Shown here one piece after another: positions 11,401-24,648 of a stretch of DNA of 64,000 nt. Position numbers and translations under genes: made by a program. The notes under the pieces were generated by a model. It was given only the letters and a program-made list of their open reading frames with translations. It searched no databases and was not told the DNA's origin. Location of the stretch: positions 28,772,848 to 28,836,847 of the forward strand of contig CM120643.1 of NCBI GenBank assembly GCA_051362555.1, given 5' to 3'. The stretch's first letter is position 1; each line of letters opens with the position of its first letter. This DNA comes from Lingula anatina (lineage: Eukaryota > Animalia > Brachiopoda).

Positions 11401-13610
11401 CATCCTATTACATCTGGCCTGAAAATTAAAAAGCAACAATTTAAAATGCCAGACAATAATATTCATCAAAAAATAGTGAAAATATACAGCTTGATTATTT
11501 TGTTGTGGGCCGGTAAAAAAAGGTGTGGGCTGACAAAATTTAATTTGCTCCAGCCCACATGTCTGGTAAGTTTTCAATCTCTTTCGCAATCACTGTTAAA
11601 AAAGTTAAGAGATGGTCTGGACATACTAGTAAGCTATTTTAATAATAACTAAAGAAATCACACAATATTTATAGCCCCCCCCCCCCCCCCTCAGGTGATG
11701 TATTCCCTGTCAGTATATCTAAGAGCAGTGTTCAAAATGGTGACATGCATTTTGACTTGTGTGATACAGTTGTGTGGATTTTGAAGAAAGGCAGTCGTGC
11801 CATAGGTTATATTTTAACTATTTCAACTGCTTTGGCTGTATTATTGGGGTGTATTTAAAATCTAACCAGAAGGTATTGTAAAACACAGGCAGCAGAAATT
11901 GTAGAACCTTACAAAGCAATCTTTGGGAGTTGGACATTGGGTGGGGTGAAACAGAGATAGTTTAGGCACAGTTTTAATTGGAATACTTTGAACATCCACT
12001 TTTCACATGGAGAGGTGTTGACTTAACATGCAAAGCATGGCACGCACACACATACAGTTTAAGTACAGCGTGTCTGCCTTGTTATCTATGTCATTCAGGT
12101 GAAACATATATATTTGATCATATGGTTTTTTTCACACCATGGCCTTGAAAGTTCACACCTGTTTTCTGTTATCAAAATTGAGGTCAAAAATTAGAGGGCC
12201 TACCTGAGGTGAGGCAAGGAGAGTTCCCATGTGTGAGACTACATTTGGGTCTGTGTGAAGGATAAAACACATCCATAAAGATCAAGCCAGAGTTGTAAAA
12301 AAATACCTACTAGTACCCATACTGTCCATAGATTGAAGATTTTATATATAAAAGTATAACATTTTAACAGTGATTATTATTATTATTATTAAGATATTAT
12401 ATTATGTGATTTTATATTAATGTGGTGTTTTTTCCTCTTAAACATGTTTTGATTTTCAAGCACATACAATAATAAAAAATAATAATTTATTGAGCACAGA
12501 AATGTCTTATTTAAAGGCTCTTGAATTATTACGGAGACAAAAAAATGCAGTGTTAAACAACATACAGTGCAGTATAAAACGATGCAAGTAAGTGGATTAG
12601 ACCCCTCATAATTATAAAGACTTTGATTTTCATAATTCTTTTGACTCCACAAAATGATACCAGCTACTAATACATGAAAAATATTCATGTCTGTTATTGG
12701 CCGAGTTTTCTGATGCATGTGCAGCTTAGGGACCATTCCTACAGATATTTAGATCGATCTATCTCCCTGGGGAGTCTCACTAAATTGCTATCAACTTAAC
12801 CGGCTTAAATGTTTCTCAGGCCTAGTAAATCTTTTAGGGGGTAATTATCTTTACCCCCTAGCTGATTTGGTAGGCGTGGCAGACACTTAAGCTGGTTAGT
12901 TGATAGCAATTTAGTGAGACTCCCCGGGGTGTTTAACCAACCCAGATGGATCGATCTAAGCATGGGAACCCAGTCTTAGATGAAATACTCTGTTTGTGAA
13001 GGCTATTCAGAGCCAGTTATACTCTCATACATTTTCAATATTAGTCAGTTTTAAACATTTTTTTAGTATTTTCTTTGTGACCTCCCAGTTGAAATTTATC
13101 CCTAGTAAAGCAATAAATCTTATTATGGTTATAAAAGTTACATTTTATCTCATTTCAAATCATATTGTCACAAGTAGGCTACTGTATATGTAAGAGTCTG
13201 TGGGTGGCAAACCAGTCTCGTTAATCTCCTGAAGTCAGTGGAAAGAGACAATTCATTATTCGCCTGATCAGGTTGCTACTGACAACCCACACACATCAAC
13301 ATCAAGTTTTTGTGATAGACGGCTGGAAATTCCTGGAAACTTGATGCAGGATCAGACTTTTTCCAAGTTATGACTTGAGTTGACTGAAAGAGATTGAATT
13401 ACTGTCAATTTACAAGCTTCTCAAATGATATTTCTTAGCCACATTCTCTGAAAAAAGTTATATATAACCCAGCTGTTTCCTTTTTTTTTTATCCAGGCAA
13501 GGATGGCACTGAGGCATTTGAAGATGTCGGACATTCCACGGACGCAAGGCAGCTTATGGAGGATTATCTAATAGGAGAGCTACATCCGGTGAGGGGGCTA
13601 GGAGAAAAGT

Positions 13611-13645
<35 letters not shown>

Positions 13646-16146
13646 TTATTACTGTGCATTGTATGTCATAAATTGTTGTTGACAAAATAGTGTGTTGAGC
13701 AGAGTATTTAATAATGGAAATACAAATATTGTTATTGACCACTCTTTGTGAGGTGAAAATCCCGTCTCCATCATTGGTAGCTTTAGCATGTAAAAAAGGA
13801 AAGGAAGATTTCACTAGTCTGTTTTTTCTCAGCAATTCACTCCCAGCTTCAGATAACCAAAGTAAACAAAGTTAAACAAATCATCATTGCTCTTCTGTTA
13901 TTGGCAGCTTTAGAGGGAATTCAAGAAAATTCCACTTGTCTGTAGTTCTCAACATTTGTAAGATGAAAAACATTTTTTTTTTTAAATTGGATGTTTTGTC
14001 AGCTTGATTATCTGTAGTTTTAATTGTGTCTGAGTCATTTCATAAACAGACAACGTGTGGTTGGCAACTGTTTTCTAGTAGATATTATAAGTGTTTGAAC
14101 AAAATAACTCTAATTTTAGCTGTTGGCTAAAGAAACTTTCTCTGGCACTTCATGTTGAACACAGTTGATTACAGTATTTCCTGGCTTTCTGTCATTGATG
14201 AACACTTGGCTGAGCATTACTCCTTACCTTATTACTCAAATTATTGTTTACTGTGCATCTGGATCTGAGTCTGTGGAGGCGTTTTTTTTTTTTTAAATTT
14301 TTTAAATTTATTTTATTTATTTTATTTTTATACTAAACCTAGCTGTGACTTCTGTTAACATTGCCTTACTCCAAACTTAATGTTTACAAGACGAACTAAT
14401 TTTCTGGCCCCAATGCCCTTGAGGTATGTTGAGTCTGCAGTATGTAAGAGATTCTCACTTGTTTTGTTTACTGTTTTTCTCTTGTCATTTTCCAGGATGA
14501 TAGAAAGGCAAGGCCACCGCCAGTGAGTACAGTGTTCTTTCTAAAATTTTGAGAACTCTGACACAAAAAATTATACATAAAATTATTTTGGTGTTGGTAG
14601 ATCTGTGAAATTTTAGGTAGTTTACTGTATTTTTTTTCATTATTCACTTATGTTATGTAAGGTATTTATTTGATAAGAGTAAGTTTTGTCAAATTTTTAT
14701 AATAGAAGTCGTCTTTTTCAAGCATGATCTTTCAAAGAATATCCAATAAACTTATATCAGCTTTAACAATCTGCTGCATGGTATCGTTTGTGCATTTAAT
14801 TTAACTGTAAAGTATGCACTTACGTAATGTCTATCTCCCACATAATATCCTGGCATGATATGAAAATTTATTTCTTAAAAGCCATATTACACGTATGTAA
14901 TGGAGAATTTTATGTCGAAGTGACTGTAGAAAATATTAAGTACACATTTTGTTTATTTTAGAAAACTAGTACTGTTAGTGGGCCAGACAGTGATGGAAAG
15001 TAAGTAGTTTTAAATTTGTCCTTTTTTGTCTCCTGTGTGTTTAGTTAGATATAAATCTGTAGGAGTCCGCCTAGATGAGGGTGTTTCTCAAGAAAAACAA
15101 AGAGATGTAGTGTTTTAGACACATTGAAAAATGAATCACGTTTTATTTTGTAAACACGGTAGTCCAAATTGCACACTTGTGTTGAGTCATAGAGTTACTT
15201 TGTATGCAGACAGACCCTTGTTTCTACATACATTTACAAAGATTTATATTATGCATTTGTTGAGATAAGGAAAAACTGTGACAAGTACACTTTTTTATTA
15301 TTATTATTATTTTATTTATTTATTTTTTTTTTTTTTTGTCAAAATCAATTTCTGAACTCCCAACAGCTTACACTTGTAATATATGATTACTAAGACTGTG
15401 ATGATATTGACTGACGGTTCACAGCAAAAACACTGGGTGAAACTCCCGTTTACCAGACAAGGAGGAGGATGGGGGCCCCTGAATTCAAATCTCCAGAGTA
15501 TCAGATTGGGCTTTGTCTGATTATTTCCAGTGATTGCTTTAACCAGCCCCAAGTCAGAATCAAAGAATCTTATATCCATAGTCAACTAGCTTGAGCTAAA
15601 TGCTCTAGCTAAGTCAACTAAGTTGTTGTCGACTATGAGTGTTTCACAAAAAATCTATTATCCTAGCTTGGTTTGCTTTCGGTAGTTGACAAACCAACAG
15701 TTTAAGGCTATCTTGGTGTGTTATTGCTCAGGTGAACAGCAGCTGCAGGTGAACATTCAGGGACTAGAAAAGGTCCTCTTAATGAAGACAATGGCCGCAT
15801 TCAGAACAATGGACTCACTACTCCGAGGGTCAGATATGGCCACCCAATACAAAGCATGCCGTCTGAACTGCACTGAATATATATCCCGTGGGGAAGCATT
15901 CAAGTGGGTCGGCCATATTTGACCCTCAGCCTAGTTAGTCCACTGTTCTGAATGTGGCCTTAATGAAGAGACAATGCCATCACAGTCCTAGTCATCTTCT
16001 GCTGGTTACTTACACATTGACCTGATCATGTCTTTTTTCCCCCCCCCAATTTCAGTACGTGGGCCAGCTGGTTAATACCCCTGGGTATGGCCATAGCCGC
16101 AGCATTGCTGTACAGATTAGTGATTGCACCCAATTCTGCTAGCTAA
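8483..16146 (+). CDS. CYB5: Cytochrome b5, canonical tail-anchored form (132 aa)
   Basis: Exons 8483-8596, 9874-9910, 13497-13588, 14496-14522, 14962-14999 and 16056-16146, all GT-AG and in phase. Protein: [132 protein letters not shown]. Contains the HPGGEEVL signature, FEDVGHS and a C-terminal hydrophobic anchor (WxxWLIP...LLYR). Confidence 0.95.
9936..11595. mobile_element. Non-autonomous hAT-like element in cytochrome b5 intron 2
   Basis: Perfect 15-bp TIR CAGTGATTGCGAAAG / CTTTCGCAATCACTG with subterminal GTGGGC/GCCCAC motifs. Flanks are TTAAAA on both sides; an 8-bp TSD is imperfect. Confidence 0.7.
10643..10795. mobile_element. Short MITE with CAGGCCCGTAGCC...GGCTACGGGCCTG ends, nested in the hAT-like element
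   Basis: Inverted termini; related copies at 35046-35245, 52855-53009 and ~62330-62439. Confidence 0.65.
12730..12975. mobile_element. Palindromic MITE (GATCGATC family)
   Basis: Long internal inverted repeat (GGGGAGTCTCACTAAATTGCTATCAAC / GTTGATAGCAATTTAGTGAGACTCCCC); similar to the 3343/6766 and 48121 copies. Confidence 0.75.
15793..15959. mobile_element. PIF/Harbinger-like MITE
   Basis: GGCCGCATTCAGAACA...TGTTCTGAATGTGGCC inverted ends; same family as 26594-26770 and 42856-43033. Confidence 0.75.
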
Positions 16147-19100
16147 AACAGAGGCATACAGAGACTGGCTATACCAGGCAGAGAAAACATGAAATATATA
16201 CATAATTGTATGTGATGTGTTAAAAGATATGACAATACTTGTTACAATGGGTGGGGGAAGAAATAAAATATATGGACAGAGAAAAATAAATTATCCATTA
16301 TGTAATATGACATATTCAAAGTAATGACAACACCTAGAGGGGTTGGGTGGGTGGGTGGGTGGGTGGGGGGGGGGGGGTGCCGAAACTTGTGATGCATGCT
16401 TTTTTGTGAAAATACTGAAATGTAAGAAAATGAATGTAGTAATTTAGTTGTTTTTGAAAAAAAAAAGACATCCTTTGCCTTGTTTTTCATATTGTAGTAG
16501 AAAAAAAAAAAAAAGATTTTTTTTTTTTTATTTATTCAGTGTATAGATTTTTTGTTTTATAATAGGAGCATTTTATGTGAAATATCCAGAATGAAATGTT
16601 ATCATGGTTACATCCACATATGGCCTCTTCTGTATTGTGGTGAATTATAATTTTATATGCTGTACAAACATAATTGTGCCTGGAATATTGAAACATGAAA
16701 ATAAGCCACAGTATTTTATAAAGGAATTTGTTTTCTTTTCATTTATTCATATTTTCTTATTCGGTATTCTGTAAGTGAATTGGGTTTATATTTAGATATG
16801 ACCACAGGGTTTAACCTAATTTATGAATAAGACCAAATTACTGTATGTAATTCTCATTATCCAAAATTGTAAGTATGGTAATTTTTAATGCTTTACATCA
16901 GATATTTGCCGTGATTGTTTTCAGGCTTATAGACATTTTTACCATGAATGAGCTAGCAAAATATTCACTATGTGAAGCAGATAGCAAGATGGCACCTTCA
17001 ATACTAATGACCGCTTTGTCGAGAAGTGTAAAATGTACCTGCGCTAAATGTTTTGCTTCGTTATCTGGACATATTAACTTAAAATTGGGCTCGTGCATAC
17101 TATGTTGATGAAAATAACCAATGACTTTACTCAGATTTGGTATTACGGGACATTAACATCAGTTCACAAGGTACCAGTTCTAGCTATGGTGAATGAAGGG
17201 TTTTTGGTTAAGGAACGATGAGACCCAAGGTTATAATTTTTAGCCTCAGTTTGCTTGGTGAACGTGGAACAGTAGATGAGAAATTAATATACAGACAACT
17301 GCTTGTAAAATTGATAAAACATCATGCGGAAAGGAATGCAACTGTAATGTATGTGCTAACATCTAAAAGGTTAAATAAATGTGTAACCTGTTTGATGTGG
17401 TTCTGTTATAAAAACTTAGTAATCCAAGTTAAAGTGTCCCTGGCGTAGATAAATCACTGGAGCACCGTGACAGAACACCCCGAGAGGCAGTACGCCCTCT
17501 GCGTACACCGTACAGGTTAGGGTGTGAAAAGAGGGTCAAAATCTAGGACGGAGCTTGTCGGCACGTGTAGAAATCAAATGGGGGCCGGCGAAACGGGATG
17601 GAAATTCTGGCTCCCATATGATTAGGTTAGGGTAAGTCGGAGTATAGGGGTTAGTATATGGGACGAATATTACCTGTACAAAGTAATGGGAAGCGGACTA
17701 CGGTTCCTAGCGGACTTCAATTCCTGTTACACCGGCCGCTTTATTACGCGATTATGCAATGGTTTGTTTGAACGCTTTAAAGGCGATATATGGGTCTGTA
17801 GCAGTAGTCTCTATTAAAGCTGGGACCACTGACTGTGTTGTTATACGGTATTATTATAGATTTAAAAGTCTAAACTTCTGCTCTTTAGATCTGTTGAAAA
17901 CAAAGTTTAGGGATAATCGATGGTACAGTGCGATACGGTTCATCTTTTATTTATTCGTTTATGTATTTGTTTTTTGTTTGTTTTAAGCTTGTTCCCTCAA
18001 ATGTCTTACCCCTATCTAACGGTGAGCGACTACGGATCTGTCGGTGAAAATCCGACCTTTGCTTCCTTGTGAGCGGTGCTACCAAGTCTACGTCTGATGA
18101 AGCAAGGAAAAAATTCCGACTTTGTTCAGATATTTTTTTCCTGAACCGTCAAGAAATCAATATTGAATACAATTTCAACATTAAGCAATTGACGTCAAGC
18201 GCAGTTTATTCCATTGTGTTAGGTGAGATGGACATTTCTTTATACTACATGCGCCAATTGTGCTAGGTGAGACGAAGCCTAGCAACCGCTTTAGCTTATG
18301 GTTGTGTCAAGTCAGACGCTACACTGAGAAACAAGTTTAGTATTTCACGCAGCCAGAGTTTAATGTGTATATTTAATCGTAATCAAATGACTCTGCCAGT
18401 GCCATAACTAATAAAGGTTTTCAAGGAGACGCAGAAGGTTAATGAACGCTCCGATGAGGTGAAATCTCCGGAAGATCGGCTATGACGGTTGACTTCAGAA
18501 CATTGGCAATCGATTCTCTGTCCTTAGAACCAAATGAAAAGTAGATCGTAATGACGCACGAAACACCTACGTTCTTGCTTCACCCTTACGCAGTGTTAGA
18601 TAAATGACAGTTTGCTTACAGCTGGACTGTGTTGTAATTGGTAAAAGACAAAATATCGGAAATATTCAAATGATGTCTAAATAACAAAAGCGCCACGCTG
18701 TATGCAGTAGGGATTTGCCAGCGCTTGGCATGCTAATGTGTTACTGTATATCGGGAGATGGGTTTGTAGTGCATTATTGGTCAAATATATATAGAAAAAC
18801 TAAACGTTTCCCATCCTTCTAATAAAAAAAATTTGCTATCATCGCGCATAGAGTGATATAAAAACCGAATGGACTTTCACGCAGTATTACTATTAGTTAT
18901 TTGACATAAGTTTCTGCTCAGTTGCGGTCACCGTCCAGCCATATTCATTTGTGTGAATGGTTTACGATTGATAGTGTATTGTCAGATACATGGGTCAACG
19001 GTTTTCCCTGAGTAGTTAACTGATTCCCTGTCCGTAGCGCGCACGTGGTTGCATCCCTGATATCGGTCCTTCAATCCTTGTGTTTTGATATCAGACCTAC

Positions 19101-20613
19101 GGTACGTATTTTACGAATTTCCCTATTTCATTTGCTTTTACATGCACTCATACTAATTAAAAACAGGAACACTAGATCCTTACAGTCATACCACAATAGG
19201 CTACATTGTACATTGTATGTAAAGCACATACCCGATTTTTGGAGGTCATCAAGTGCTGACGAACTCTGTCCCCCCGCGTGCTGTTATCGGAAGTCGGCAT
19301 CTTGTCCCGTTGGTTGGGTCATCTGGAATCGCTTCTATCGAAATTACTTAAGATCGAAATTTGGTCTCAACTTTAAGAGCGAAAGTTAGGTCAATGTTAG
19401 TTCAGGTTTAACTTGCTGTAGTGCACTGAATAGAGTAAGCATTTGTTCAAAACACCAAGTTATAAAACGGACTAAGCATTTCAAGTTTACAAATTGACTG
19501 CTACTGATTTAGCTGTGGTCAAGCAGACTAATAGTAGTCTAAAAGTTTGGATCAACTTTCAGTCTAAATCCTTTCGTGCAACCACCCCAGGTGTCTATGA
19601 GACAGAACTCGTGATGGTATGAACGTTTGTTATCCTCTTCTCCTTATCTGTGTTATGATGCCGTGGAGATTTGTTGTCATAATATTAGCCAGCTTTTGAC
19701 TATGAGCTATAACTGATGGAGGGGACAAGCAGTTCCACTGAGGAGGCTAAGACTGAAAGTTGGTTTTAACGTCAAGACCAATTTTGGCCAACGTTGAAAT
19801 AAGATGTATACATCAGTAGATGTCAGTAACTGGATTATGAAATATTGTACCTGCATAAATTTATTCAAATAAAGAAATGAATTATACTTTAGACCTACAC
19901 CCAAAGTTCCTTCAGCTTATAAGATTATGCCTACAGATTTATCCTGAATTTAAGTAATTAGTCCACCAGGCCTTAAAGTAGGAACCCAATTTCGGTCTTA
20001 ATTTCTTTTGTGAAACTGGTAAAGATTACACCGTTATATTAAGAATGGAATGATAACATGGAGATTTAGTCATTTCTAGGAGTCAAAGTGAACCAAAAGA
20101 GCAGATATATCTGGACTTTGGAAAAGGGTGTCTGGACAAAGAAATCATTGGAAATCTCTAAGAAGAGTTTTGGATTATTGGATTATTCTCAATTAACTGC
20201 GCTGACTCTTAATTGAACAAGGTAGGGCTATGTATCTGATATTCAGTACTATCTACAAGGTCTCTCTCTCTCTCTCTCTCTCGTCGTTTACCATACATTC
20301 GTATTGATGGGTTTGATGATCCTGTTGATCGGCTTTGCAACCAATCAAACCAATTACTTTCTAATTCACAAACTTTGATTTAAAAAATTAGCACTTTTCT
20401 CAACAGTCTTAAATTGCAATAGTCCTTGGTTTGACATGACCTCGAGCCAAACAAACCGACTAAATAGTAATTAAATCAATGTCACCCCGAGAACAAGCAG
20501 CTATCCGACAACATGCCTTGCTGTGCTTGATGACCCTGATGATCCTCCATTGAAAAATAATATCTGTCAGTTGTCGAAAATGGATGGCGATCGAGCTATA
20601 GACATCAAAATTA

Positions 20614-20889
20614 GAGGCCATTCAAAACAGATGATCCTAGGATCTTCTGATCCACGGATCAAATATGGTGGACCCTACATGAAAGAAGAGCCGACCAATG
20701 TGCTGATAGTCCTCCACACGCTCTGTCCTTGCAGGGGTCCAGCTATAAAGCCTCGCATTAATCCGTTTAATGGCGCGTGTGGAGGCGGGGAGAATATTAG
20801 AGGATTAGTCGGCTCTTCTTTCACGTAGGGTCCGCCATATTTGATCCGTGGATCAGAAGAACCTTCTATCTACTGTTCTGAATTGGTTC
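20614..20889. mobile_element. PIF/Harbinger-like palindromic MITE
   Basis: Long inverted arms (TCTTCTGATCCACGGATCAAATATGG / CCATATTTGATCCGTGGATCAGAAGA) with TTA on both flanks. Confidence 0.7.
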
Positions 20890-20928
20890 TTACTGATTGA
20901 TTCATTTGTTAGCGTAGCGGCCATATTT

Positions 20929-21532
20929 CACCCTGAGCTTCAGAGATAACTTGACACTAACCTCTTCACTATAGCCTATCTTCATCGTGTCAAGTTACCT
21001 CTGACGAAAATAGTTTGACCTAGTTTATATAAGACAATCGAATCCATGTTTCAAAATTTTTCACCAAAGTTTGGTGAAAACGCTGATTGGTTGACCGTCA
21101 ATCGGCAATCCTCGGCTGATTCCGCAAGCTCCATACAAACAACATAGTTATTGTCGAGTGCGGAGACATCCGAGTAGTTCCGAGTGCATAACCGTACACA
21201 AAGAAAGCATGGAGTATATCGGAATTGAAACCAGAGCAGTTTGATGCCCTGCATAATTATCTACTGAGGGATGATGTATTTTGCGTGCTGCCCACAGGTT
21301 ACGGCAAGTCCCTGATATTCAGCCTTATCTTTGATTGGTCCGGATTTGAACAAAGCGCGCTTTGACTCGTTCGCGTTCATTGGCTAGATCGTTCAATGAG
21401 TCATTGAGTGCGGGCTTTAAATTTGATTGGCGGGCGGCGGAGGCAATCGAATGTGGTCAGAGGTAACTTGACACGATGAAGATAGGCTATAGTGAAGAGG
21501 TTAGTGTCAAGTTATCTCTGAAGCTCAGGGTG
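20929..21532 (+). mobile_element. Non-autonomous AcademH-like element carrying a RecQ-type helicase fragment
   Basis: Perfect ~77-bp TIR starting CACCCTGAGCTTCAGAGATAAC; TSD CCATATTT (GCCATATTT if the terminal G is counted). Interior 21222-21320 encodes ELKPEQFDALHNYLLRDDVFCVLPTGYGKSLIF (RecQ-type Q motif plus motif I). Confidence 0.8.
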
Positions 21533-22594
21533 CCATATTTAGACCTGGTTCAGGTCCAATTTAATCCTTGTGTGAACGCCACCTATCGATCATCAGCTAT
21601 TTTCATATCATATGAAAAGGTAAACTGTACTCTGTCATTTCTCTGCCTTGCCAAGATTTTTACCAGTTTATTTTGCACATTTAATGCAAGCGCCAAAATA
21701 TATATCCTCGTGGAATCTTTTTGAATAAATAACACGAATATTCTCCAGCTGTGAGACACATTGTTTGTAATTTCAGCCGTAAATTCTATTAAGACTCGTC
21801 GCTCAAATCTTTAAGATAAAGAAAAGTACACTTTGCCACGGGCTTAGTTAGGCGTGCTCGTCGTAGCTTCTATCGACTCAGATCGCTTAAAAATTTAAAT
21901 GAATTCCATACGAAAACAAGACTGTTCCCTGGAGTTAGTTTTTTTCCCTAAGAGCTTTATACTGGTTGTAGAGGATATATAGAAGGAACTAACTACATTA
22001 GTACATGGCTTTTATGGAGTACAAATGCAAGTACAAGAGCAATTATATAACCAAGTCATACAAAAGATGTATATGTTGACATTTAGACATTCCCAGTAGG
22101 GGCTTATGCTATAAAGTGAGGCTGGCTCCAAGAAAATTTGTTAATTAACACACATGCGCTCTTGGTCAGTCCGCCATCGTTTATCCTGAAATTACAATAA
22201 CAACTAACGTTCTTTTCCCCGGCCTAATTGGTTAGTTGTGTGAGTGTTACAGGGTTAAATATCCGTGCATTATGTGTCACGAACAAATTGATTACAAATG
22301 TTCCGCATCAGAATACAGAGCACATTTTGTGTGAAAATAAAATGGCATCTGACGTATAGGAAGTAAATCTATAGGCATCTTTTCAGCGATGGTGCCCTTT
22401 GCTCCACCTATTAAAATTACTACACCTTAAAAATATTAAGTCATTGAGAACAGGTATTGAATGCCTTCCCAACTCTGTTTTTACTTCTTCTTCTTCTTTT
22501 CTTTTTATTTTTTATTCTATTTATTTATTATTATTATTCTTTTTTGTAGAACATCACTAAGGTTTTGTCATACAGATATTTCAAATTCAGTAAT

Positions 22595-22642
<48 letters not shown>

Positions 22643-23315
22643 CATTCACTTCTGGTGATTGACGTCATCCCTAGTTTTACCTGAAATCAACTGTACCGCA
22701 ACATTTAACCTCATTTTTGTTTTCATCGAATAGAACCAACCATTTTCGTAGCAGTGCTTAATGATAATTGCTCATGCAATTATTTCAATTCAGCAAGGGC
22801 AACTGATATTACTTTCGTTCAGAAACAAGAGCATTAAAGGTGTCCACGCTGCACAAGGCAATGTGTAGTGAGGTATAATGGCAGTCTGGGGATATTGCAG
22901 CAATTGCTGGCTGGGAGGCAATAATACTAGGTGCCATTATTTTAAAATTGCTTACCAACTGCTGTATATCACACAGGTACCCCTTAGGACATGAAACAAC
23001 AATAACAACAACAACAACAATAATAATAATAATTAATAATAATAATAATAATTATTATTATTATCATTAATTTTATTATTATTATTATTATAATAGATGG
23101 GTAGGTGGAAGTAGATGTGGAGGGGAACGCGCGTCACGTAATTGTTTTTATCGTTTTTGAATTGGATAGCCAGGAAAAATCAACTCTTGTAAAACAAAGC
23201 CAACATAGATCTATTCACAACATTTTCTTCCTACTGCGGAAAAAATACATGCATTTTCTTACAGAATAGCTTGGTGCTGAAACGCAGCATGACTCGCCTG
23301 CAATTAAGTACATTA

Positions 23316-24180
23316 TCATTCTAAATGCTTTCTAAGAGTACACAAAATGGCACCAGCAAATCGCCGTTGGGAAAACATCATTAGAGTGGACAGTGAACGC
23401 AGGAAATCGTCGATAAGCGGCGAGCACATTTTTGGCAAATCTAAAAGGTCCTCGAGCGCTCGTTCATCTTTTCTTGCTACTAGTAAAGTACTGAGAGGGG
23501 CATGGCTACTATTGTACGCACCTGCCGCACGCTATTCATCTTCATAGACACTGATCGTAATGCCATTAATGATATCGATTGTCTCTGTGCACGAAACTTA
23601 AGCGGATTTCCTTCAAGAATTTGACATTTTCGGCGATAATCTCACGCGAAATTTGCATCTCAAACCTCACGAGGTTCCATTTCGTTACCGCTGCGATGTA
23701 TTATTCACGAGGAGGGCCATCAGTGGAGATTTGGGCTCGATATTTTTCAATGAAAAAATGTGCCGACCTTTGGAAACTTTCTTGAAAAAAAATCTATCTC
23801 TTGTCTCGACTTTCTTATGAGGTGCGTGGCATTCACAACAAATAATAAAGCGACGGGCACTGTATATAGCCCCGAATGGAACTTGCCAACATTCAATACA
23901 GTCTGGGTATCGCGGTTCTCTTTTTTACAAATTATTGAAGCAAGCTGCCAGAAGCGCTCGCCAGAGAGCACTGTATACATTGAATATTCCGCTCCGCCTG
24001 AGTCCCGCGGTGAAAACTAAACGGAGAAAAAACAATCATCCGCTGCAGATTGAAAAGATTACCTCATAGAAAAATACGGCGATATCGGTGGAAATTTGCC
24101 GCCCAGACACCACGGTTCACATTCAGACTACTCAGACGGGATGAAGACATAAGCTCGGATAAGCCGGGAGCTTCTGTTGC
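23316..24180 (-). pseudogene. Possible decayed intronless ORF of unknown origin
   Basis: CpG-rich island in an AT-rich background. Minus-strand reading is protein-like over roughly 280 codons but broken by several stops and frameshifts. No family recognised. Confidence 0.3.
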
Positions 24181-24615
24181 AGTCCAGAAGCTGAAAGGAG
24201 GTACGTTGTCGAGCGTGCGCGCACGTGCGTGTGCGCAGTAGATAATTAAATCTGCCGTTACGAATATTTTTTAATTACATGCAGACGTTCTCAAAAATGT
24301 GCTTGAAGACATGATACAGATCCAAGCAGCTAAAAGCCAAAAATAAATACGTCGAATTACCGTGGGTTGGAAATTATTAAGACACATAGTACTAAAAGGT
24401 TTCTATGTCCTCTGTGTGTAAATCATAGGCAGACTTGGCACTTTTGTCTAAATAATGATATATAAATCAAATCGAACAGACTCAGGGTAGATTTTAAAAC
24501 CCTAGTTAATACAAATATAGATGATACAGAAGGGCTTATGAACGAGAACTGCTAGACATGTATATGTTAAACTGTGTAAGGGGTATAACTATAGCCGTAT
24601 AAATGCCTGGGTATT

Positions 24616-24648
<33 letters not shown>

